In this document: piece by piece, positions 46,540 through 53,911 of the stretch
How positions within the stretch are numbered: the stretch's first letter is position 1
How the letters are laid out: every line of letters begins with the position of its first letter
From: Bacteroidales bacterium
GTDB lineage: Bacteria > Bacteroidota > Bacteroidia > Bacteroidales > P3
DNA length: 64,000 bases
Direction of reading: 5' to 3'
NCBI GenBank assembly: GCA_045639845.1
Contig: JAZUDW010000107.1
Span: 4,106 to 68,105 of the forward strand
Translations under genes and position numbers: made by a program
Notes under the pieces: generated by a model
What the model saw: only the letters and a program-made list of their open reading frames with translations
Database searches by the model: none
What the model was told of the DNA's origin: nothing

Positions 46540-49500
46540 TTAGTGCGAAGCACAATTCTCGCCAATAGTCACATTCGTATCGCCCTGGACCACACCTCCG
46601 TTACCACCACCATACACATTCTGCTCTATTTCGGTGTTACCATAGATATTAACCCGAGTGCTACCCGTCACAATGGCCGTGCTACCCAGACCGCCGCCAA
46701 ACACGTGGTTTCTGATCAATACCTTCTTATCATCGCCATCCATGCCACGGGTTGTCACCGTGGGGTTTCCTACCACGGGAGCGGCGCTGCCGCCGCCATA
46801 TACCGAACCATTCACCACTGCCTTGTGGCTGTAGCTGTGTTCGCCGTTCGCACAGTCGGTATTCACATTCACCTGCGGGTTGCCCGTCACCGTAGCCGAC
46901 TCACCCAGGCCGCCGCCGAACACATCGCCCTCTATAGTAGCATTGCGGATATTCACCACAGGGCCACGCGGCGTCCCCGCAGAGCCATAGGCAGCCTGGT
47001 TGCCGCCGCCATACACGTTGGTGAGCGAGTTGGAGCCGCACAATCCGTCCCAATCCACATTCACGGTGATGCCACCATTGATGCTACCACCCGAATTGTT
47101 GCCGCCAAACACATTGCCGATATTACCGCCATTGATATTCAAAACTATATCGCCGTCCACATCGGCATTGTTGGCACCGCCGTACACATTGTCGATAGTA
47201 CCATCGCCCGTACAAGCAATGGTGATTGTTCCTGCTTTTCCGTCGGCCTCATTGCCGCCACCATAAAGATTGGTTATTGCGATATCGCAGGCTTCTGGAT
47301 CCTTATCCACTGTAACACTCACACTGCCTCGGATATTGCCTAAAGTATTGCTGCCACCATAGGTATTGGTGATGGAGCCGCCTTTGATAGTCAGACTCAC
47401 ATTGCCCGTACCCAAGGTATATTCTGTGGTACCATTGGCTTCATAACCCACATGGGCAGCAACCGACTCTCCATTGCCGCCGCCGAAGGCATCGGTGATA
47501 CGACCACCCCAGATGGTGACATTCGTTGACGGCACTGAAGCCGCATCGCCTCCACCGAACACACGATCCACTACAGTCTCACAACCACGAACAACGACCG
47601 ATGGAATGCCATAGGTGGCAGCGTGCTTGCCTCCACCAAACACATCGTTGAGGTCGAGAGGTGTAACCTCCTTCTCTGCAAGATTGGCCGGACCATCCAC
47701 CAGCACCGTGATATTACCCTTGGGCGACCCGTTGGTATTGTTGCCGCCATATACATTGCCGCCCACCTCGGCACCCTTGTTGATAATCACGCTCACGTTG
47801 CCGTTCACATCGGCCTCGTAGGCGGGTATTGCAGGAACGGCATCATTATCGGCCTTCTGACCGAAACCGCCGCCGAAGACATCTCTTCCCACATGGGCAT
47901 CGTTGTTGATGATTACCGTGGTAGTGTTTTCCGTATCGGTGTTCACCGTGCCGAAGCCGCTGCCGCCATATACATCTTCCGTCACTGTGCCACCCGAAAC
48001 CGTTACGGCCACATTGCCCGACACGTTGGTGGCATTACCCAAGCCACCGCCATAGATATTGTTGGCCGAGCCCGACGTCATACTTACGGCGGTGCTGCCC
48101 ACCACGCTGGCAGCCGAGCCGCCGCCATATACATTGCCGCTCACAGCACCTCCGCTGATGGTGACCGCCGGATTGCTGGTAACCACAGCCGATGCACCCA
48201 AGCCGCCGCCGAACACATCGTGGGTCACCGTACCCTTCAGAATGTTGACTGCAGGATAAGCACCGGGAGTGGTAGGTGTATATGCAGCCAGGTTGCCGGC
48301 ACCATAAACGTAGCCGAGACTCAGGTCGCAATCATCGCTCTTATTTACATTCACGGTGATAGCACCGCTGATATTTCCACGGGTATTGTTACCACCGAAC
48401 ACATTGCCGATATTACCGCCATTGATATTCAAAACAATATCACCTTCTACATTGGCCTCGTTGGCCCCACCATACACATTGTCGATCGTTCCCTCTCCGG
48501 TACACCATATGGTGATATGGCCGGCATTGGATGCCGCCATATTGCCTCCACCATACACGTTGACGATATCCATGTGGCAAGCCTCGCTTTCAGCTTCGGC
48601 TTGTGCCGAGATAGAGACATTGGGCACACCGCCAATAATACCCCGACTATTGGAACCGCCAAACACATTGCCAATCTCGCCACCGTAAATCGTCACGTTG
48701 GTATTGCCACCGATATTGGCAGCCTGAACCTGCCCATTACCGCCACCGAACACATCTCCGATACGATTGCCACCATAGATGACCACATCCGTATGGCCAT
48801 TGGTGGAATGAGTCAGGTGAGCAGCGTTGCCACCACCATACACATATTTAATACTATTGTCGCAGTTATGCACCGTCACATGCGGTGTACCCGATGAATA
48901 ATCGGCCTGGTTGCCACCGCCATAGACCGAGAATACTGCATAGCTATCATCATCGTAGTCGTCTGTGCCGTTGTCATCGTGCGAGTTGGTACCATAGATA
49001 TCTACGTGCACCGAGTCTTTGGGCTCACCATTAAGATTGTTGCAACCAAACACACCGCCAGATCCGTTGGCACCTGTACCATCGGTAGCAAATACATTTC
49101 CACCATAGACGTTTACCTGTACAGGCCCATAGACATTGGCAGCAATAGCAGGGTCGGTTTGGCCTAGGGCTCCACCATATATAGAACCATAGACAACACC
49201 GGCATTCAAGGAGACAGATGTTGACTTATCGGCAGTAGCAGTATGAGGTTCCGCCGTAGTGCAATTCACATTACCCAAAGCAGAACCGCCATACACATCA
49301 CCTTTGATGGTAGCAGCTGCTGCATCGCGAGCCGACCCTATCTTACCAATAAGTACCTCCACATTGCCAGTCACCACGGTAGTCTGGCCGAGACCACCGC
49401 CAAAGACACCACCATTATACAGACTCGGATCTCCAATGGTTCCAGAATAGACTTCCACTTTGGTATCTCCATCCACCAAAGCAATCTCCCCACCACCGTA

Positions 49501-49587
49501 AATCTTACCATTGATAGTCTGTGAATGCAACGGAGTAAAGATTCCCAGCAGGACTATAATATTAATAAGACACCACTTTCTTTTCAT
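46540..49587 (-). CDS. Exported YGGG beta-solenoid protein (C-terminal half of the split paralog of the giant gene)
   Basis: 1015 aa counted from ATG 49587; the ORF track starts one codon earlier at a GTG. Signal peptide MKRKWCLINIIVLLGIFTPLHS. [VI][YF]GGG repeats run throughout. The last 190 aa or so are nearly identical to the giant protein C-terminus. A hairpin terminator follows. Confidence 0.8.
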   Translation of the reverse strand: MKRKWCLINIIVLLGIFTPLHSQTINGKIYGGGEIALVDGDTKVEVYSGTIGDPSLYNGGVFGGGLGQTTVVTGNVEVLIGKIGSARDAAAATIKGDVYGGSALGNVNCTTAEPHTATADKSTSVSLNAGVVYGSIYGGALGQTDPAIAANVYGPVQVNVYGGNVFATDGTGANGSGGVFGCNNLNGEPKDSVHVDIYGTNSHDDNGTDDYDDDSYAVFSVYGGGNQADYSSGTPHVTVHNCDNSIKYVYGGGNAAHLTHSTNGHTDVVIYGGNRIGDVFGGGNGQVQAANIGGNTNVTIYGGEIGNVFGGSNSRGIIGGVPNVSISAQAEAESEACHMDIVNVYGGGNMAASNAGHITIWCTGEGTIDNVYGGANEANVEGDIVLNINGGNIGNVFGGNNTRGNISGAITVNVNKSDDCDLSLGYVYGAGNLAAYTPTTPGAYPAVNILKGTVTHDVFGGGLGASAVVTSNPAVTISGGAVSGNVYGGGSAASVVGSTAVSMTSGSANNIYGGGLGNATNVSGNVAVTVSGGTVTEDVYGGSGFGTVNTDTENTTTVIINNDAHVGRDVFGGGFGQKADNDAVPAIPAYEADVNGNVSVIINKGAEVGGNVYGGNNTNGSPKGNITVLVDGPANLAEKEVTPLDLNDVFGGGKHAATYGIPSVVVRGCETVVDRVFGGGDAASVPSTNVTIWGGRITDAFGGGNGESVAAHVGYEANGTTEYTLGTGNVSLTIKGGSITNTYGGSNTLGNIRGSVSVTVDKDPEACDIAITNLYGGGNEADGKAGTITIACTGDGTIDNVYGGANNADVDGDIVLNINGGNIGNVFGGNNSGGSINGGITVNVDWDGLCGSNSLTNVYGGGNQAAYGSAGTPRGPVVNIRNATIEGDVFGGGLGESATVTGNPQVNVNTDCANGEHSYSHKAVVNGSVYGGGSAAPVVGNPTVTTRGMDGDDKKVLIRNHVFGGGLGSTAIVTGSTRVNIYGNTEIEQNVYGGGNGGVVQGDTNVTIGENCASH

Positions 49588-49596
49588 CACTATTGT

Positions 49597-51624
49597 TTAT
49601 TCTGTCCAGTTTTCATCTACAATCACATTCGTGCTTCCCGACACCTTGGCTTTATTGGGATGCCCCTCTTCGCCCTTACCAGCACCAAACACGTTTCCAT
49701 TGATAATACCACCTTTGATGACCACTCTGGTATCGCCATCAACAGCACCCAGAGCTCCGCCACCATAGATATTGTGGCCGAATGTCCACGAAGGATCAAT
49801 TGGATCAACCACAACCGTGGTTGTTCCATACACATGGGCTATGTCTAAATATTCGTTTTGATCAGTAGCAATACCAGAGCCCCCTCCGTATATATCACCT
49901 TCGATATTGCCTCCACGTATATTCACGTGCGTGTTGCCATAAACCTGGGCCACGGAAAGGAAGCCTGATTTATGAGGATTGGATTGATTATAATACTCTT
50001 TAGTACCAAGGCCACCCCCATACACACCCCCACGAATAGTACCACCATAGATATTAACATAGGTATCACCATAGTGGGTACCGGCTCCATCTGGGGCATA
50101 CGATACTGTGACTTGAGGCTCATATCCCCTACTACCACCACAGATACCTCCCTCTATCAAACCTCCATATACATTGAAGGTAAGCCTAGTCTCAGCCAGG
50201 TCAAGATAATCCTGTCCTTCCACATATCCCTCATCGCCATTGTGATAGGTAGATTTGAGGGTCATCATCGTACCCGATTCGCTGTAAGAACCAAAAGATA
50301 GTTCATTGCTATTATTCACATAAGGTATAGCATAGTCGGGGGTATGAATATTGTGATCATTCTCATAACGCAGCCCACTGAAGGCTGTTGCCGAAGCAAA
50401 CACACCCGCCATAATAGTTCCACTGTACATATTGAACTCCGACTGCCCGTAGAAATACGATGAGCCTGCATTGGTTTGACTACTGGATGTCTGAGTTCGG
50501 CCCTGGGTGCCGCCATAGAACGTCTGTATCGTCACATCGCTACTACCACCATCTTCGTTTCCTACATTCACAACCGTTCGGCCTGCAAAGGTAGCCGCAG
50601 GAATTTGACTAATAACGCATTGATTAATATTATTACCCTGCGTACCAGCCACCATGGTGCCTATGCTTCCGTGCTTGATATCAAACTGCACATCAGCACA
50701 TACTAAACCTTGCGATGACCCACCCAACAAGATACCGATATCATCGGCATAATTACCCGTATTGTCGTTACCAGGCTGAATATCCACGATGACATTTGCC
50801 ATAATAGGATGTTCGGGAGTACCTTGTATGTAACAGGAGGGGACAGAGGTTGCATTTGTGCCCTGAGTACGGGACAGTGCCACACGACCATAGCGTCCCG
50901 ATTTGAATGTAACTGTCATTCTTTTATCGTCGGGCATTCGGTATTTCACATCATTGGTATCTCGGGCAATTTTAGAATCGTAATGGTCAAACGACATCTG
51001 GATATGAAAAGCAGGAGCATCACGGTCACTAATCATACCATATTGAGTACCAAGTGAAGCAAACCCCATCATTATGAGTCCTTCATCAAAACAGGTGGAA
51101 TGTAAACGGAGACACAATCTATCTTGGAGTCCTCCATCTCCTTGTATTCTCGCATTCTTGAAACGCGCATCCGCACCTATATTGTTGGTAGTACCGGAGA
51201 TCTTAATTTGACCACCCTTAATTATTGAATCCGTTGTAGCTTTACCATCTTGATCCCAAGGCCATACTCCTGTAATTGTGGCAGGTGTACCTGGGGTATT
51301 CGAGACATCTTTCGTATCGTTTTCTTTGAAATTCAGTTGCATCTCGTCCACAACTACAATCACGTTGTGTTCCCAATCGTATTCTCGATTGCCAGTATTC
51401 ACAAGTTTTTTGTATGCATTGGGCCAAGAACCGACAGGACTACTGGAGCTTGATCCATCGCCATTTCCACCAGAGCGTAGATACACCACATTATACGTCA
51501 CCTCATGATACGTCTCTGTATGCGGAGCTTGCTGAGCCCACAATCTACCCATTCCAACAATGGATAAGAAAAAAACAAGTAGTTTTACATATGTTTTCAT
51601 ACGTATCATACGCGTTGTCTGCAT
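49597..51624 (-). CDS. Exported beta-solenoid protein (N-terminal half of the split paralog of the giant gene)
   Basis: 675 aa. Signal peptide (MKTYVKLLVFFLSIVGMGRLWA) lies within the first 31 residues. Collinear with giant-protein residues of about 1197-1880. A TAttTTTG box lies 82 nt upstream. Alternative starts are at codons 6 and 9. Confidence 0.8.
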   Translation of the reverse strand: MQTTRMIRMKTYVKLLVFFLSIVGMGRLWAQQAPHTETYHEVTYNVVYLRSGGNGDGSSSSSPVGSWPNAYKKLVNTGNREYDWEHNVIVVVDEMQLNFKENDTKDVSNTPGTPATITGVWPWDQDGKATTDSIIKGGQIKISGTTNNIGADARFKNARIQGDGGLQDRLCLRLHSTCFDEGLIMMGFASLGTQYGMISDRDAPAFHIQMSFDHYDSKIARDTNDVKYRMPDDKRMTVTFKSGRYGRVALSRTQGTNATSVPSCYIQGTPEHPIMANVIVDIQPGNDNTGNYADDIGILLGGSSQGLVCADVQFDIKHGSIGTMVAGTQGNNINQCVISQIPAATFAGRTVVNVGNEDGGSSDVTIQTFYGGTQGRTQTSSSQTNAGSSYFYGQSEFNMYSGTIMAGVFASATAFSGLRYENDHNIHTPDYAIPYVNNSNELSFGSYSESGTMMTLKSTYHNGDEGYVEGQDYLDLAETRLTFNVYGGLIEGGICGGSRGYEPQVTVSYAPDGAGTHYGDTYVNIYGGTIRGGVYGGGLGTKEYYNQSNPHKSGFLSVAQVYGNTHVNIRGGNIEGDIYGGGSGIATDQNEYLDIAHVYGTTTVVVDPIDPSWTFGHNIYGGGALGAVDGDTRVVIKGGIINGNVFGAGKGEEGHPNKAKVSGSTNVIVDENWTE

Positions 51625-51705
51625 CCGTTATACAATTACATATCGCGCTGAATCATAAACACAAAGTGAGATTCAACAGCAACATTCATACTTTCAATAC
51701 AATTG

Positions 51706-51713
51706 CAAAAATA
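51706..51713 (-). promoter_or_regulatory. -7 promoter box (TAttTTTG) of the 675-aa/1015-aa gene pair
   Basis: Exact motif 82 nt upstream of ATG 51624. The context ttttttgtatttttgcaattg parallels the giant-gene promoter. Confidence 0.55.
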
Positions 51714-52019
51714 CAAAAAACAATTGATTCTCCATATTTTTTTTCAAAAGATTAATGCTGAATTCAAGTTGCAAAAGCGGCTTTGTTCACCACACTTATC
51801 ATTTATATTCGGAAGTAAAAACACAAAAAAATCTTGAATGGCAGGGGGGGGGAAACGGAATCTCGTAAGCGAATAGCACACCCACTCTAACTGTTGCACA
51901 AAGTCCATCTTTGTTTAGGTCCACAGACATTAGGGGGGGCTATTCGACAGTGAATCGTTTTCCTGCAACAACACGGTCGTTCTTTCGCCATACCTCTATA
52001 GTGAATGCGGCCTTTCTTC

Positions 52020-52072
52020 GTCCCCGGGACGACAGCACCCCGAAGGCACCCCGAAAGCACCCCGAAGGCAGA
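52020..52072 (-). repeat. Module M2, 675-aa gene locus, opposite orientation
   Basis: The reverse complement reads tctgccttcggggtgctttcggggtgccttcggggtgctgtcgtcccggggac. Confidence 0.65.
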
Positions 52073-52122
52073 CCCTTTTCAATGACGAAATGATGGGGGG
52101 GAGGCGGAATCTTTCTAGATTC

Positions 52123-52182
52123 GTGTTCAAATGGCTAGAGTGTCTGGCGGAATCAAGCAATCACCCACATACGGATAATCAT
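52123..52182 (-). repeat. Module M1, copy D (upstream of the 675-aa gene, opposite orientation to A-C)
   Basis: The reverse complement reads atgattatccgtatgtgggtgattgcttgattccgccagacactctagccatttgaacac. Confidence 0.65.
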
Positions 52183-52606
52183 AAGAATCCTTGTTAACCA
52201 TACGGCTCTTTCTGTTCGTCCAAAGGTGAATATTGTTGTTTAGATTTCCCAGTGATCCCTAGACCGATGGCCAATCTGGCAGGAAACAGATAGTTTTGGC
52301 ACAATAATTCCAGAAAAGGAGAACGGAATATGTTAAATCGTCACAGAAGGACATTATTTGACAGTACAATATAAGACATTTTGTCACACATATGAATTCG
52401 GCACAGAATTGGATAATAGGGAAGTGTTGTTCGACAGTGCTGGTCGAAAAAGAAAAAAAACGAAACAGCCAACGTCGCTCAGCCAGCCATAACCGAAAAA
52501 TGACCATCAACCAAGAAAAGGAAAACGACAAACCATAACCAGATAAATATTGAAGACTAAATATCCAAACCAAAACTACAAACCATTTTAAATAGGAGAT
52601 AAAACT

Positions 52607-53044
52607 ATGTTAGTGAACAACAACCTTACTGTACCCTCGCTTTTCAACGAACTGCTCAACTGGAACAATTGGATGAGTCCTTCTTGGACCCCCGAAACCG
52701 CAGCAGCACCCAAGATGAATGTGATAGAAAGCAGCACCGCCTACCAGCTGGAACTGATGGTGCCCGGGCTGAAGAAGGAAGACCTCAACTTATGGGTCAA
52801 TGCCGACGGCATGCTGGTGATAGAGATGGCGCATCAGGAACAGTACGAGCAGAAGACCGAAGGATGCAAATATCTGCGTCGCGAGTTCGGGTCCATCCAA
52901 TTCAAGAAGACCATAGCGCTACCCAACCACGTGAAACGCGAACAGATTAGCGCCAAAGTGGAAGACGGCATCTTGAGAGTGACACTACCCAAGGTCACCG
53001 AAGAGGAGAAACGCCAACTTCAACAAACCATCATGATCGAATAA
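52607..53044 (+). CDS. Hsp20/alpha-crystallin family small heat-shock protein
   Basis: 145 aa. Alpha-crystallin domain pattern (PKMNVIESSTAYQLELMVPGLKKEDLNLWV...ISAKVEDGILRVTLPK). Followed by a strong intrinsic terminator. Confidence 0.9.
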   Translation: MLVNNNLTVPSLFNELLNWNNWMSPSWTPETAAAPKMNVIESSTAYQLELMVPGLKKEDLNLWVNADGMLVIEMAHQEQYEQKTEGCKYLRREFGSIQFKKTIALPNHVKREQISAKVEDGILRVTLPKVTEEEKRQLQQTIMIE

Positions 53045-53088
53045 CCCATTTTTTTCATAAGTGTATAAGTTTAATTGGTTAATCATGG

Positions 53089-53128
53089 AAGCTCTCACCT
53101 GTGATAGGCGAGAGCTTTGTTTTTTTTC
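53089..53128 (+). terminator. Intrinsic terminator of hsp20
   Basis: Stem aagctctc/gagagctt followed by tgTTTTTTTT. Confidence 0.75.
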
Positions 53129-53445
53129 GCCCTTGATTACTCAACACCTTTGTCGTGCCCACCAAAATCCATACAGTCAATTACTATTCACCCACTTGCC
53201 ACACCCGATACAACATTTGTAAAAAGCGCAAGCATCGATGACCGAATTTCTTGTTTTGAACACATCAAAAAGGCGCCAGAGATTGCTTTGAGGGAACCGA
53301 CAGCCAGGTTTTGAGATTAAAAAAAATGTCTTCAATCCCTCGATGGGTCAATGCAACTGGCTGACTGAACGTTTGATTCGATTTCACCGAATGCGGCATT
53401 CGGAAATTTCAAATACCAAAAAGAGGCCAAAATGGAAAGGGTTGG

Positions 53446-53453
53446 TATTTTTG
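53446..53453 (+). promoter_or_regulatory. -7 promoter box (TAttTTTG)
   Basis: Exact motif upstream of the candidate 66-aa membrane protein. Confidence 0.4.
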
Positions 53454-53507
53454 CAGCCGAAAACGGAATCAAAAAAAACAATTCAAACAAAAAAAACAAC
53501 ATCAACA

Positions 53508-53708
53508 ATGAAAATGATTGCCCTCACTCTCTTGGCTGCATCGCAACCCGTCATGGTATGGTCTATGATCGTTCTCTTTCTGGTAGCCGCTTTCGTGTTT
53601 CGCGTAGTTGACGATCTGGCCACTGTGAAAAAAATCGACAAAGCGTTGAAGACAAAGGCTACGATGAAAACCATGGAACCAAAAAATGATAATCAGCAGA
53701 TAGCCTAA
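53508..53708 (+). CDS. Candidate small membrane protein (66 aa)
   Basis: ATG lies 55 nt after the TAttTTTG box at 53446-53453. One clear TM helix (VMVWSMIVLFLVAAFVFRVV). I have no homology knowledge. The longer 121-aa version in the ORF track would start upstream of the promoter box. Confidence 0.35.
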   Translation: MKMIALTLLAASQPVMVWSMIVLFLVAAFVFRVVDDLATVKKIDKALKTKATMKTMEPKNDNQQIA

Positions 53709-53911
53709 ACAGCGGGAATCAGCACGCTGATTTTAGCAAATCACTCATGTTTTTTTTGGGGAGAGGGTCCAGCCATTTTCCTCTCCCTTTCTCGCCGAGG
53801 GGTGGGAATGTACTTCCTAAGGGTCATTTACGGCTCGTCCCAAACAACTAAGCTACAATCATACAATAGTGTACAGCCCACCCTACTGGCAACAACACAA
53901 GACAAACATAT

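Noticed and set aside
47623-48897. 424-aa + strand ORF, plus many 60-170-aa ORFs on both strands inside the giant and split solenoid genes (for example 25032-25847 and 19668-20156)
   Set aside because: They are shadows of the GGN/GCC/ACC-rich repeat codons of the solenoid genes. Their products are Ala/Arg/His/Ile-rich strings without any independent signals.
51841-52200. Possibility that the G-tract/M2/M1 region is a known structured RNA (tmRNA, RNase P, 6S, SRP, group II intron domain)
   Set aside because: I could not find any of the conserved signatures of these RNAs that I know, such as a tRNA-like 3-prime end, the SRP GNAR tetraloop helix, or a domain V. The region is reported only as repeat modules.
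52259-52573. 104-aa minus-strand ORF upstream of hsp20
   Set aside because: It has an implausible composition that is extremely rich in Phe, Leu, Trp and Cys. It has no promoter or homology cues, so it is probably non-coding leader or spacer DNA.
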